Origin: Bdellovibrionota bacterium
Lineage (GTDB): Bacteria > Bdellovibrionota > FAC87 > UBA2466
Length of the DNA: 60,977 bases
Direction of reading: 5' to 3'
Assembly (NCBI GenBank): GCA_041736915.1
Contig: JBGSST010000158.1
Location: forward strand, 1-60,977
In this document: positions 9,102 through 18,545 of the stretch, piece by piece
How the letters are laid out: every line of letters begins with the position of its first letter
How positions within the stretch are numbered: the stretch's first letter is position 1
Translations under genes and position numbers: made by a program
The notes under the pieces: generated by a model
Databases searched by the model: none
What the model was told of the DNA's origin: nothing
What the model saw: the letters and a program-made list of their open reading frames with translations, nothing else

Positions 9102-10127
9102 ATGACTAGCGTTCTCATTGCTTTCTTCTTTAGTTTCACTGTTTTGGCTACGGGGTTGCCACCCGAGGCGAAGACTACCGAAGCCACCCTTAACGAGGAT
9201 TACGAAAAACGGGTCACTCCGTTTTTCAAAGCCGGTCATACCGGCACCTTCTTCGGCAAAGACAAAGCGCTGCTGAGCTACCGCACGTTCGAAGTAGAGA
9301 ACGAGAAAGCGGCCATCGTCTACGTGCCCGGCTGGACCGAGACCGGGCAAAAGTACGCCGAGCTTTTCTACAATCTGAATAAGTCGGGCTACTCGATTTA
9401 CGTTTTGGACAACCGCGGCCAGGGGCTTTCGCAGCGTTTGGCGCCGAATCCGCAGATGGTGCACGTTGAGCATTATGCGGACTACGTAGCGGACCTGAAG
9501 CAGTTCGTGGACCAGGTAGTGAGAAAAAAACCTCACCGGAAAACGTTCATGCTGACCCATTCGATGGGTGGCCTCATCGGTGCGATCTACGCCGCTTATT
9601 ATGGGTACGATCTCGATGGGTTGATTTTGTCTTCGCCCCTGTTGCAGGTGCACACGGGTAACGTTCCCGAAAGCGTGGCGTACCGGCTGGCGTCGACGTC
9701 GGCGTACTGGGGCTGGGACAAAAGCTACATCGTTACCCACGGCGATACCTCTAAGCTTACGTCGTCGGATTTCAATGAGCAGAAGGCTACCCACAGCCGT
9801 GCACGTTGGGGCAAGAAAGTGGCCCTGTGGTACAGCGTCCCCGAAAGTTACATGAGCGGTAGCAGCAACCGCTGGTTGCAGCGCACGATCGAGGCCACGC
9901 GGTGGCTCGGAAACCGTGGCGCCAAAAGAATTGAGATCCCCGTCATGGTGTTCAAAGCGGAGCTCGACACCCGTGTTTGGAATCCCGGCGTAGACAAGGC
10001 TTGCGGGATGATGAAGCGTTGCGAAAGTCACCTGATCCAGGGCGGCTACCATGAACTGTTCTTGGAAGCGGATACGCTTCGCGATAGCATCATCGACAAA
10101 TTGCTCAGCTTCTTCGAAAGGAACTAA
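9102..10127 (+). CDS. Alpha/beta hydrolase (lysophospholipase/monoglyceride-lipase-like)
   Basis: Nucleophile elbow HSMGG and a C-terminal GGYHELF (catalytic His region). ATG at 9102 is preceded by GGAGGGG. The track ORF begins at a TTG at 9078. Confidence 0.75.
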   Translation: MTSVLIAFFFSFTVLATGLPPEAKTTEATLNEDYEKRVTPFFKAGHTGTFFGKDKALLSYRTFEVENEKAAIVYVPGWTETGQKYAELFYNLNKSGYSIYVLDNRGQGLSQRLAPNPQMVHVEHYADYVADLKQFVDQVVRKKPHRKTFMLTHSMGGLIGAIYAAYYGYDLDGLILSSPLLQVHTGNVPESVAYRLASTSAYWGWDKSYIVTHGDTSKLTSSDFNEQKATHSRARWGKKVALWYSVPESYMSGSSNRWLQRTIEATRWLGNRGAKRIEIPVMVFKAELDTRVWNPGVDKACGMMKRCESHLIQGGYHELFLEADTLRDSIIDKLLSFFERN

Positions 10128-10131
10128 CTAA

Positions 10132-10620
10132 ATGATCACCAAGGGTAAGGTTGTCTCTCTGGCGTACACGCTCACCAACGACGAAGGAGAGGAGCTTGAC
10201 CGCGCGGACAAGGGAGAGCCGTTTTCCTACCTGCACGGCTCCCGGCAGATCATTCAGGGGCTCGAGTCGGCCGTAGAGAAGATGAACATCGGCGACAAGA
10301 AGAAGGTTACCGTTTCGCCCGAAGAAGGCTACGGCGAGCACGATCCGAAGCTGAAGTTCACGCTCGATCGCACCAACTTCCCTAAGGATGTCGAGCTCGA
10401 GGTGGGCATGCAGTTCGAAGCCAATCTTTCTGATGAAGAAGAAGACGGCCGCGTCTTCACCATCGAAAATATCAAGGGCGACAAGGTCGACGTGAATGGC
10501 AACCACCCGCTCGCCGGCATGACGCTACACTTTGACGTGGAGCTGCTCAGCGTTCGCGAAGCAACCAAGGATGAGCTGGAGCATAACCACGCGCATGGCG
10601 ACAACGGCCACGACCACTAG
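10132..10620 (+). CDS. slyD: FKBP-type peptidyl-prolyl isomerase, SlyD-like, with His-rich tail
   Basis: 162 aa. FKBP core with an insert-in-flap region (NHPLAGMTLHFDVELL) and a C-terminal HNHAHGDNGHDH metal-binding tail. Confidence 0.85.
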   Translation: MITKGKVVSLAYTLTNDEGEELDRADKGEPFSYLHGSRQIIQGLESAVEKMNIGDKKKVTVSPEEGYGEHDPKLKFTLDRTNFPKDVELEVGMQFEANLSDEEEDGRVFTIENIKGDKVDVNGNHPLAGMTLHFDVELLSVREATKDELEHNHAHGDNGHDH

Positions 10621-10645
10621 ACGCCTTCTTGAAAATTAGGGGTGA

Positions 10646-12043
10646 GTGTATCATCCAAGGGTGCCACTTCCCCACCTTAGCCAGTTAGTGTTTCTGCTTG
10701 TTTTGGCGGGTAGCGTATCGGTTTTTGCCAAGCCGCCCACTTGTTTCAGCTCCTTTGCCACTTTGGGCGAAGGTGAGGATCCCGTTCCGCTTATAGAGCA
10801 AACCTATGCCCAACTCATCGATCGTTTGGGTAGTGGGCTGAAGTCCGAACAAATCAAAGCGATGGTCGAAGCCGGCGATCCGTTTACGGTGGGCGACGCG
10901 CCTGAATCGGAGGCGCTGCAAAAAAGTCTCACCGAGTTTCGTGCGTTGCTCGAGCAACGGGCCTGGAACTCCGGCCCCACGCAGCGCCGACTCTTAGAAA
11001 CCCTTTCGGCGTGGCAGGCCGCGCGCCAAGACGCCGACATTCGCGTGCGCATCAAAGTTCAGCGGGGTAAGGAACCTACCGACGTCCCCTTTGAAAGCGG
11101 CGCCAAAACGACGATGAGCCCCGACGGCCGCTTCATTGCGGCGATTCCGGACTTTCCCCGTGGCGAAACCACGTCGATTTATTGGCACGACTCGCTTATG
11201 GGCAAAACCACGAAGGTCGATGTACCGGGCGTGAAGGCCGTAAGTCTTGCCTTCGATCCCGACGGCAGCGCCCTGCACCTGACCTGGATGGGAAAAATTG
11301 TCCGCGTGCCGATCCAACAAGACGCCTTGGCCGTGGCCCAAAAACAATCCTTTGGCGAGGACTGGCTCGGTTACTCGCCGCCGACCCTAATACCGGGGGG
11401 AAAGCCCGGAGTTAGCTACTTCTCCTCCGCCCATCCGCAACGGAGATTGCCGCGATTCCGTCGCATCGATACGCAGTCTGGGACGGTTACCGACATCGAT
11501 CTGAAAACCCTTTTGGATGAATCACTCTGGAGTCTGAACCAATGGGGCGTAGTGCCCGGAACGTCGACCGTGTGGTTTTTATGGGAAAGGGGGGGGAGCT
11601 GCGACCTCGCCCTGGGAGAATTTTCGGCCGACGGAAAGTGGACTCCCAGCACGATTCCCCAGCGGCATTTTCCTTACGAGAAGTTTGACCCTCCGCGAGT
11701 CGCCGTCGGCGCAAAGCAGGCCTACCTGACTTACGGCTCGGAGGTAAAAATCGTGGACCTCGAAACCCTGGCAGAAAAAACGGTGGAGCTACCGCCCGAA
11801 AAATGGGGCAATGCCGCGCGCGTACACGATTTGGCCGCCTCCGCTCATTCCGATCGCTTGGCGGTTAGGGTGAACAGCTCGGCGGCCGCGCTTCTCCACG
11901 TCGACACTCAGACGGGACAAGTTTTGAGCACGGTGCCGCTCACCAACGGCGATCAAATTAAAAACCTACGTTTAAATCCCTCCGGCGACGTAGCCACGGT
12001 CGATACGCCGGATGGGATTCGCGTCATTCCTCTGCAAAACTAG
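10646..12043 (+). CDS. Secreted hypothetical protein, beta-propeller-like (repeated PDG motifs)
   Basis: 465-aa ORF with a signal peptide and repeated SPDGRF/DPDGS/TPDG motifs reminiscent of TolB/WD40-like blades. GTG start at 10646 (an alternative GTG lies at 10661). Confidence 0.5.
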   Translation: MYHPRVPLPHLSQLVFLLVLAGSVSVFAKPPTCFSSFATLGEGEDPVPLIEQTYAQLIDRLGSGLKSEQIKAMVEAGDPFTVGDAPESEALQKSLTEFRALLEQRAWNSGPTQRRLLETLSAWQAARQDADIRVRIKVQRGKEPTDVPFESGAKTTMSPDGRFIAAIPDFPRGETTSIYWHDSLMGKTTKVDVPGVKAVSLAFDPDGSALHLTWMGKIVRVPIQQDALAVAQKQSFGEDWLGYSPPTLIPGGKPGVSYFSSAHPQRRLPRFRRIDTQSGTVTDIDLKTLLDESLWSLNQWGVVPGTSTVWFLWERGGSCDLALGEFSADGKWTPSTIPQRHFPYEKFDPPRVAVGAKQAYLTYGSEVKIVDLETLAEKTVELPPEKWGNAARVHDLAASAHSDRLAVRVNSSAAALLHVDTQTGQVLSTVPLTNGDQIKNLRLNPSGDVATVDTPDGIRVIPLQN

Positions 12044-12045
12044 GC

Positions 12046-12993
12046 TTAGTGAGCCCGGCGGTAGAGGGTGTACAGGGCCTCTAAAGCGCTGCCGCGGCCG
12101 GATTCGTTGGCGAACGGGATGGTCGCGCCAAACTCGCCCGCCATGTAGTAGCGCACGTAGCCTTGGTCGTTCAAATACCAGGCGGCCTGTAGCGCCGAAA
12201 CGGGGTACATCGTAACGCGCTTGGCGCGCCCACTCAGCCACGTGTCGGTGACTTCGGGATACTTAAAGCCCGAGGGCGGAGTCACGGTCTTGATGTTGAC
12301 CTGCACGTCGGTTTTGCGATCGCCGTTCTTTTTTTCGTCCCACGTCAGCTCCGCGAATTGGCGGTAGGCGACCGTGGTTCCCAAGAACTCGCCGGCCTTG
12401 AGGCCAACCGTGGCCGAAAACGGAAAGGATTCGATGTCGGTCACGTTGGGGCGTAGCTCACCCGTTTTTGCATCGACGGGAACAAAATTCAGCATGGGCT
12501 CGAAGCCCCCGGTTTTGCGTCCGTAGCCCGCCACCTTGAGCAAAGACTTCCAAGCCGCATCGAAACCGATTTCGCCCGTGCGACTGTCACCCACGAACTG
12601 GCAGGCCCCTTCGGCCACGTACCAAACTTCACGGCGGGCCACGCCTTCAATTTGCAACTTCTTTACGGGAACGGTATTGCAGGGGCCGCAGCGCTCGACC
12701 AGCTTCAGCAGCTCTTTACGGTCGCGGCGCCAGGCCGATTCCAGGGCATCGAGGGTATCGGCGGCCTCCCCCTTGGCTAACGCCTTGTCCATGTCGGCCT
12801 TCGCGTTGGCTTCCGTTTTTTCCGCTTCGGCCAGGTCGCTACGGCACGATGTGTCATTTAGACGTGCCTTGAAGAATTCTACCGCGGGCTTGTTACCCGT
12901 AAGCACCTGGCTTTCGCCCATAGGCGGAACTACCGGCCGCTCGGCGGCCAAAAGCGTGTGAGAAAACAGTGTGATGACTAGCAATAACTTCAT
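12046..12993 (-). CDS. Secreted hypothetical protein
   Basis: ATG at 12993 gives a clean signal peptide (MKLLLVITLFSHTLLAAE). The track ORF extends to 13074. Confidence 0.5.
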   Translation of the reverse strand: MKLLLVITLFSHTLLAAERPVVPPMGESQVLTGNKPAVEFFKARLNDTSCRSDLAEAEKTEANAKADMDKALAKGEAADTLDALESAWRRDRKELLKLVERCGPCNTVPVKKLQIEGVARREVWYVAEGACQFVGDSRTGEIGFDAAWKSLLKVAGYGRKTGGFEPMLNFVPVDAKTGELRPNVTDIESFPFSATVGLKAGEFLGTTVAYRQFAELTWDEKKNGDRKTDVQVNIKTVTPPSGFKYPEVTDTWLSGRAKRVTMYPVSALQAAWYLNDQGYVRYYMAGEFGATIPFANESGRGSALEALYTLYRRAH

Positions 12994-13093
12994 AACGAAC
13001 CCCCCAAACGATTGCGTTCCCAACTCAGGCAACCGGTTAACGCGCACCGTAAAGGGTTCAACGTGGCTTTTCAAGGCTGGAGCCGGATCGGTG

Positions 13094-13609
13094 TTAGCTT
13101 TTCGCTTTACCGGGTCCGATGATCCACGTGGCGGTTACCCGCGCCACTTCCACGTCTTGCTCGTCGAAGAGCGAGGCGGTGACCTCGAACGGGGTGTTAG
13201 CTTCGAGCGGCTGAATCTCGGGTACCTCGCACTGGGCGGTGAGCGTGCCGCGGGCTTTTTTGAGGAACTCGGTTTGCAGCTTCTTCACGATGCCGCGGTG
13301 GTCTTTGGGGGTGGCCGTAATCACGGCGAGACCGGTGGCCAGCTCACCCAGGTTGGTAAGCGCTACCGCGTGTACCGAGCTCAAGTGGTTACGCACCTTG
13401 CGGCGATCGCGCATCGCGACCTTGGCGAAACCGGGGCGTAGCTCCTTTACGTCGGCCTTGATCGTGCCGGAGTAAGGAACCACCGTGCCCAGCAGGCGGC
13501 TGAAGATCGCCGGCCCTTGCGGAAGGTCTTTCAAAGACCGCCAGCCTCCCAATAAATTTTCGGGGGAGAACTTCAGGCCTTCGCCCTTCAAAAGCTTCGC
13601 TAATCGCAC
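13094..13609 (-). CDS. Hotdog-fold thioesterase-like protein (DUF4442/PaaI-like)
   Basis: Conserved NHLSSVHAVALTNLGELATG core. GTG at 13609 is preceded by AAGGAGG. The longer track ORF (to 13996) overlaps the plus-strand gene and looks non-coding. Confidence 0.6.
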   Translation of the reverse strand: MRLAKLLKGEGLKFSPENLLGGWRSLKDLPQGPAIFSRLLGTVVPYSGTIKADVKELRPGFAKVAMRDRRKVRNHLSSVHAVALTNLGELATGLAVITATPKDHRGIVKKLQTEFLKKARGTLTAQCEVPEIQPLEANTPFEVTASLFDEQDVEVARVTATWIIGPGKAKS

Positions 13610-13732
13610 GGGAACCTCCTTGTTGAGGAAGTGAGTTGTATCGCATGCGGGGAGGAAATTGAAGCACGGCGGCTTTTCACCGATGGGCCAAACGCGGTAG
13701 CGGTAGATCTTTTGAGGGGGGACTTGGTGGCG

Positions 13733-14146
13733 ATGAAAACGGTGTATCTCAGCGGCCCGATCATGGACGAGCACGAGGGCGTGGCCCGCGAATGGCGTGA
13801 GCGGGCGAAAAGCCTGTTGGGTGGTCATTTCAAACTTCTCGATCCAATGCGCCGGAACTTTTCCGACCGCGAGGTCGACAGCGCCAACGAGATCGTCGAG
13901 TTCGATCTTCAGGACATCCGCGACGCCGACATCATTCTGGTGAACTACAACCGCGCCAGCATCGGCACCAGCATGGAAGTGTTCTACGCGTCCCACGACT
14001 TGGGAAAGTTCGTCATCACGTTCTCTCCATATTCCTTTAAAGATTGCAGCGCTTGGATGGTTCGCTTCAGCACGAAGATCTTGCCATCGCTAGAGTCGGC
14101 CAGCGACTACCTGGTGAAGCACTTCTCGAAGCCAGACGCGGATTAA
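13733..14146 (+). CDS. Nucleoside 2-deoxyribosyltransferase-like protein
   Basis: 137 aa from ATG 13733. Features: N-terminal VYLSGPI, DADIILVN, and GTSMEVFYA with the candidate catalytic Glu. Confidence 0.55.
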   Translation: MKTVYLSGPIMDEHEGVAREWRERAKSLLGGHFKLLDPMRRNFSDREVDSANEIVEFDLQDIRDADIILVNYNRASIGTSMEVFYASHDLGKFVITFSPYSFKDCSAWMVRFSTKILPSLESASDYLVKHFSKPDAD

Positions 14147-14150
14147 TTAG

Positions 14151-14714
14151 TCATTGCGAAGCCGCACGCCGTGCGGCTGAAGCAACCTCATTGCCATCTC
14201 GCCACATCTTTTCGAACTGGTCGACGTAGCGCTGCACGATGGCGGGATCGTCTAGGTAGAGCTGGTTTTCTTGGTTTCGTAGGTAAGCATTCCTAGTGTA
14301 ATTGAACGAGCCGGTCTCGAGCCGCTTGCCGTCCACGAGTGTGAATTTGTGGTGCATGTAACTGCGTTGCTTTCCGTACCTGACGTTCGTACCGGCCTTT
14401 ATCAATGTCGAAACGGTGGAGTAATTCATTTTGGAGCGTCCGGCATCGACCAGAATGCGTACCGGTATCCTTCGCGACGCCATGAGAATTTCGTGAGTTA
14501 TCTTCTCGTGGGTAAGGTCGAAAACCGCGATGTCGAGTGACTTTTGGGCACTCTGAATAAACTTCCAAAGCTTTTCGTCGCACGGCTCGTCCGGTGAAAA
14601 ACAGACTTCACCAGTTGGCGTGGCGGTGGCCGCCGAATCGACGACCCGAGGTTGCTTGCTCGCGCAGCCAACGCCGGACAACAAGATTACGGAGACAAAG
14701 AAAAAGGCTTTCAC
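14151..14714 (-). CDS. Secreted single-HKD phospholipase D-family protein (Nuc-like endonuclease/PLD)
   Basis: Lipoprotein-type signal (LLSGVGCAS) and one HKD motif (HHKFTLVDGKRLETGSFNYT). The size (187 aa) is typical of Nuc-like dimeric enzymes. Confidence 0.75.
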   Translation of the reverse strand: MKAFFFVSVILLSGVGCASKQPRVVDSAATATPTGEVCFSPDEPCDEKLWKFIQSAQKSLDIAVFDLTHEKITHEILMASRRIPVRILVDAGRSKMNYSTVSTLIKAGTNVRYGKQRSYMHHKFTLVDGKRLETGSFNYTRNAYLRNQENQLYLDDPAIVQRYVDQFEKMWRDGNEVASAARRAASQ

Positions 14715-14795
14715 CCGCCAAAGTTAACACGCGCATCCGGTAGCGGCATTGCGTGTCGCGGCGGCCTGAAAGCCTTCTCGATTCTGTCTAGAGTT

Positions 14796-15221
14796 TTAGC
14801 GGATAACTTTTTGGTAAAAGACTCCGCACGCCGAAATGGAATACTCTCCGTGCTCGTCTTTATCCATCGCGAGCTTCCAGCGCGTTCCCACCGGGAACTT
14901 CGAAACGTAAAGGATGCACGAGGCACCGTCGTCACCCTTGATGGAGATCCGTTTTTCGTTTTCCGTACCCTGCAGCACTTTTTCGACTTCGAAAGTCATC
15001 TGCGTGGGAAAGGAACCTTCCGAACCGCTACGGTAAACACCGTGTTTCAGCACGGTCCCGCGCACGATCGTAAGCGGCCGATACTCGCCAGCGGAGTGGT
15101 TTCGCATCGTCTCCTCGAACGTGTCACCCAACGAGATACACGAGCACGCCTGTCCCACCGACGGCAGCAAACTCGCAACGAGCACCAAGCCCAACCATTT
15201 TTTTCCGAACCAATTTTTCAT
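14796..15221 (-). CDS. Small secreted protein whose predicted mature N-terminus is Cys-x-Cys (TIMP/NTR-like)
   Basis: Signal peptide ending VGQA followed by CSC. 141 aa with four Cys in total (see findings). Confidence 0.5.
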   Translation of the reverse strand: MKNWFGKKWLGLVLVASLLPSVGQACSCISLGDTFEETMRNHSAGEYRPLTIVRGTVLKHGVYRSGSEGSFPTQMTFEVEKVLQGTENEKRISIKGDDGASCILYVSKFPVGTRWKLAMDKDEHGEYSISACGVFYQKVIR

Positions 15222-15334
15222 TTATTTGTCCTCCCTACGTAGGTAGTTAGGATTTCTGACTCGGCTAGCCAAGGCTTTTAGCGAAAAGCCGCAGCCGCCG
15301 ACGTATCGATCGGGCGCGGGCTGTGCGCCCTTGA

Positions 15335-16297
15335 TTAGGCGACGCGTTCGACGACGAGGCTCAGCAGTCCCGCCAGAGCATCGCGGATACCGTGGGGCGG
15401 GAGGGCCGACAACGCTTGCTCGCTGGCCGCGCGGCAGGCCGCCAATTTTTCGTCGAGCGCCCGCTTGTGCTCCGGTACGGCATAGGATTTTTTTCCGTGC
15501 GCGACCGCAGTTTCAATGGCGTCGCCGCGCTCGAAGGTGCGGGCAAGCCGCGCGTGAAAATCGGAATCGATCCGGGCGAGCCACCAGCTGGCGCGATTGA
15601 GGCGGCCCTCTTTGAGATCAGACCACGGATCCTTGCCGTCACCGCCTTTGAGATCGAGTAGGTCGTCGCTGAATTGGAAAAGCTCACCGAACGAACGCGC
15701 GAACTGCCGCACGGCCGGCACGTAGTCGTGATTCATCAGGGTGGGGCCCGCGACGGCGGCCCATTCGAAAAGCGCCGAAGTCTTTAAGTGACTCACCTCG
15801 ATGAAAGGCTGCTCGGTCAGCGGGTTCTTGCCGAGTAACTCTCTTTGGATGAGCTCGCCCGACGACAGCGACTGCAGCGCTTGGCACAGCTCGACCAGCA
15901 TGCGGGTGTCGCCTTGCTTCGCTAAGCGCAGAAGGGCGTCGCTCAAAAAATAATCACCGGACAGAACCGCGGCTCCGTTGCCGTGCGCGTAGTTGGCCGA
16001 GGGGCCGCCGCGTCTTTCCGTGGCCATATCGACAACGTCGTCGTGAAGCAAAGACGCCGTGTGAATGGCTTCGACGACCCACGCGTAGAGGTCGAGCCGC
16101 TCACGGGGGGCTCCGGCGAGTGAGCCGAACCAATATACCCAATGCGATCGCAATCGCTTCCCCTTGCGTTGCCACAGCGTTTGCACGACGGCCGGAATCT
16201 TATCCGCGTCGGGCTTCCGCTCGAACAATGGCATACGGTCGAGGCGGCGGATATCCTCGCGGTTGCTTTCGAAAGCTTGCACGATGCTAGGAATCAC
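15335..16297 (-). CDS. Long-chain polyprenyl diphosphate synthase
   Basis: First Asp-rich motif LLHDDVVD and second FQFSDDLLD. GTG at 16297 is preceded by GGGGAGG and lies 1 nt after the menA stop. The track ORF (to 16381) overlaps menA. Confidence 0.85.
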   Translation of the reverse strand: MIPSIVQAFESNREDIRRLDRMPLFERKPDADKIPAVVQTLWQRKGKRLRSHWVYWFGSLAGAPRERLDLYAWVVEAIHTASLLHDDVVDMATERRGGPSANYAHGNGAAVLSGDYFLSDALLRLAKQGDTRMLVELCQALQSLSSGELIQRELLGKNPLTEQPFIEVSHLKTSALFEWAAVAGPTLMNHDYVPAVRQFARSFGELFQFSDDLLDLKGGDGKDPWSDLKEGRLNRASWWLARIDSDFHARLARTFERGDAIETAVAHGKKSYAVPEHKRALDEKLAACRAASEQALSALPPHGIRDALAGLLSLVVERVA

Positions 16298-16298
16298 T

Positions 16299-17171
16299 TT
16301 AAGCGCCTCCCCACATGAGCTGCAGCACGACGCCGGCCAACAGCGGAATCGTGATCCCGATGAGAAAACGGCCCGGAGCAACGACCGACTTCGTCACGTG
16401 ACTTCCGATGAGCAAACCCGTGATGAGAAGTAGCTTCGCCGGTAACGGCAACGGCCCGAGCGCGAAGGTCGCGGCCAGCGAGAGCGTGGCCACGAGATAA
16501 CAAGTAGTGGCGCGGCGGCGGGTTTTCTGCGCTCCGTGGAGAACGGCATAGGTACGCTTGCCGGCCGCCGCGTCGGTAAGAATCTGCGAAGGCTGGTGAG
16601 CGAGCAACACCGCCACCGCAAGTGTGCCGCATCCGAGCACGCCAAAAAACAAAGTGGCGTAGGAAGGGGTCGGGCTCAGTAGCCAAAGGCAGCCGAACAC
16701 GCCAACCCCGTAGCAAAAGCCGGTTACGCTTTCTCCCCAGCGCGAATAAGCGAGGGGATGACGGCCAAAATTGTACCAAAGGCCCAAACTCACGGGCACG
16801 AGGGCCACGGCCAAAATCCAAAATCGATTTTCGAGTACGAGCGAGGCAATGCCTACGGTAAGTCCCGCGGCGAAGCTCAGCCAGCCGTGCGTACGCACGG
16901 TACTCAAAGAGAAGCCGTGGTAGCGGACCCAGCTCAGCACTTTTTCCGAGTCGGCCCCGCGACGCCAGTCGTTCTCGTCGTTAAAGACGTTCACCGCATG
17001 TTGCAGACAAACCACTCCGAAGCCGGCCAGCAGCAAAGCGGGCAGGGTGGCGTGCAGGGGTGACGCGGCTAATAGCCACAGCACCGGCACGATGGAAATA
17101 AGGTAGATGGCAGGCTGTAACACCTGCCATCCCCTTAACTCACCTAACAAGGCATTTGCCTCATTACGCAA
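16299..17171 (-). CDS. menA: 1,4-dihydroxy-2-naphthoate polyprenyltransferase (UbiA superfamily)
   Basis: 290-aa polytopic protein with a MenA-like NDENDWRRGAD motif. It is operonic with the polyprenyl synthase and divergent from ubiE/menG. Confidence 0.75.
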   Translation of the reverse strand: MRNEANALLGELRGWQVLQPAIYLISIVPVLWLLAASPLHATLPALLLAGFGVVCLQHAVNVFNDENDWRRGADSEKVLSWVRYHGFSLSTVRTHGWLSFAAGLTVGIASLVLENRFWILAVALVPVSLGLWYNFGRHPLAYSRWGESVTGFCYGVGVFGCLWLLSPTPSYATLFFGVLGCGTLAVAVLLAHQPSQILTDAAAGKRTYAVLHGAQKTRRRATTCYLVATLSLAATFALGPLPLPAKLLLITGLLIGSHVTKSVVAPGRFLIGITIPLLAGVVLQLMWGGA

Positions 17172-17721
17172 GCGCGGCCTCGCGCTCTTGCACTTTCGTC
17201 AGCGCTTCCTGGAACCACGTGGCGTGCTCCCGTTCGGAATCGATAACGCGCTGATACACTTCAGCGGCCTTCTTGTTGTTCTGCTCGATGGCCTGGTCGC
17301 GGAACTTGGGATAGATCTGCTGGTATTCCCGTTCCTCGACGCGGATGGCGACCTTGAGCGCGTTCTCAATCACCTTCTGCGGATTCGCTTCGATCAGCTT
17401 GTCGCAGTTGGCTTTGATGGTCGCGATCGTCGCCTTGGCGCGCGCCGTATCGTGGCCTTCGGCCGGCTTGCCCATGTCCTTGTACAGTTCACGGAGCCAC
17501 ACCGAGTGCAGCTTCTCTTCGCCGGCCACTTTCAAGAACAGCTCCGACAATTCGGGGTATCCGGCCGTACGCGCCCAGCGCGCGAACTCCGGGTACATTA
17601 CCGCATTCTCGTACTCTTCCACGTCCACGAACGATTCGGCCGATTGTTCAAGCCGTTCGCCCTTCTGTGCCGCGGCGAAGCAGCCAAAGATCATCTCTTC
17701 GTTGATTAGCTTAGTTTCCAT
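17164..17721 (-). CDS. Rubrerythrin-type ferritin-like diiron protein (no rubredoxin domain)
   Basis: Two E...ExxH half-sites (AGEEKLHSVW; VEERE...DSEREHATW) and YPEFARWA/YPKFRDQA repeats typical of rubrerythrins. There is an 8-nt overlap with the menA start. Confidence 0.75.
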   Translation of the reverse strand: METKLINEEMIFGCFAAAQKGERLEQSAESFVDVEEYENAVMYPEFARWARTAGYPELSELFLKVAGEEKLHSVWLRELYKDMGKPAEGHDTARAKATIATIKANCDKLIEANPQKVIENALKVAIRVEEREYQQIYPKFRDQAIEQNNKKAAEVYQRVIDSEREHATWFQEALTKVQEREAALA

Positions 17722-17746
17722 ATGCTCAGTCCTCCTGGATTACTGA

Positions 17747-17768
17747 AGTTTCAAAATATTCTGAAACT
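17747..17768. promoter_or_regulatory. AT-rich perfect inverted repeat (candidate operator) in the rubrerythrin/ubiE divergent intergenic region
   Basis: AGTTTCA-AAATATTC-TGAAACT has 7-bp perfect arms. It lies 26 nt upstream of the rubrerythrin start codon in an otherwise GC-rich genome. Confidence 0.35.
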
Positions 17769-17831
17769 ACAGAATAGATATTGAAAGGTGCGGTGCGCTG
17801 TCAATAAAGTAAGTGCTGGAGGAATAAGCCC

Positions 17832-18545
17832 ATGCCCCTCGACTTTGCCCCCGTAGCCCCGGTCTACGACCGCCTGAACGACGTCATCTCGCTGGGTCAG
17901 CACCGGCGGTGGAAACGGCGTCTCGTGGGCACGTTGTTAGACTTAGCCGGCAAAGGGCGCTGGCTCGACATGGCGGCCGGCACCGGCGACGTGGCGGAGC
18001 TAATGGTGAAATCGGGCGTTCCCGAGGTAATTGCGGCCGATCCTTGTGCGCCCATGGTGGCGTTGGGGCGAGAGCGCACTAGCGCCGGCATTTCGTGGCT
18101 GATTGCCCCGTCGGAGAAGATTCCCTTGGGTGACGGCACGGTGCGGGCGATTGCGTGCTCGTTCGGCGTGCGTAACTTTACCGACCGGGGTCAGGCCTTT
18201 CGCGAGTGGAACCGCGTGCTGGAGCCGGGTGGCGTTTGTGGTGTGCTCGAGATGCACCCTCCGGCGGAAGGACTTTTCTTGGGGCTCTTTCGTTTTCATT
18301 GGCGCTGGGTAATGCCGCTTCTGGGGAAGTTGGCCGGCCGGGGGCAAGAGTACCGCTACCTGCAGGAGTCGGTAGAGGGCTTCGTGTCGCCCCGGGGCTT
18401 GGCGGAAGAGGCTTTAGCCGCGGGGCTGGAGCCCCTGGGGTTTAGTTCCCTATTCGGAAAAGGGATGGTATCTCTGTCTCTCTTTCGGAAACATGGCGGA
18501 CGCGAAAAAAATTCAAATGACCGAGGAGGAGATCGCCTTCTCTGA
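17832..18545 (+). CDS. ubiE: Demethylmenaquinone/ubiquinone C-methyltransferase
   Basis: UbiE/MenG N-terminus (YDRLNDVISLGQHRRWKRR), a SAM motif (LDMAAGTGD) and LEPGGVCGVLE. Confidence 0.85.
   Translation: MPLDFAPVAPVYDRLNDVISLGQHRRWKRRLVGTLLDLAGKGRWLDMAAGTGDVAELMVKSGVPEVIAADPCAPMVALGRERTSAGISWLIAPSEKIPLGDGTVRAIACSFGVRNFTDRGQAFREWNRVLEPGGVCGVLEMHPPAEGLFLGLFRFHWRWVMPLLGKLAGRGQEYRYLQESVEGFVSPRGLAEEALAAGLEPLGFSSLFGKGMVSLSLFRKHGGREKNSNDRGGDRLL

Noticed and set aside
9030-10052. 340-aa ORF antisense to the alpha/beta hydrolase gene
   Set aside because: It is Arg/Val/His/Gln-rich with no motifs and fully overlaps a well-supported gene. This is a typical shadow ORF of GC-rich DNA.
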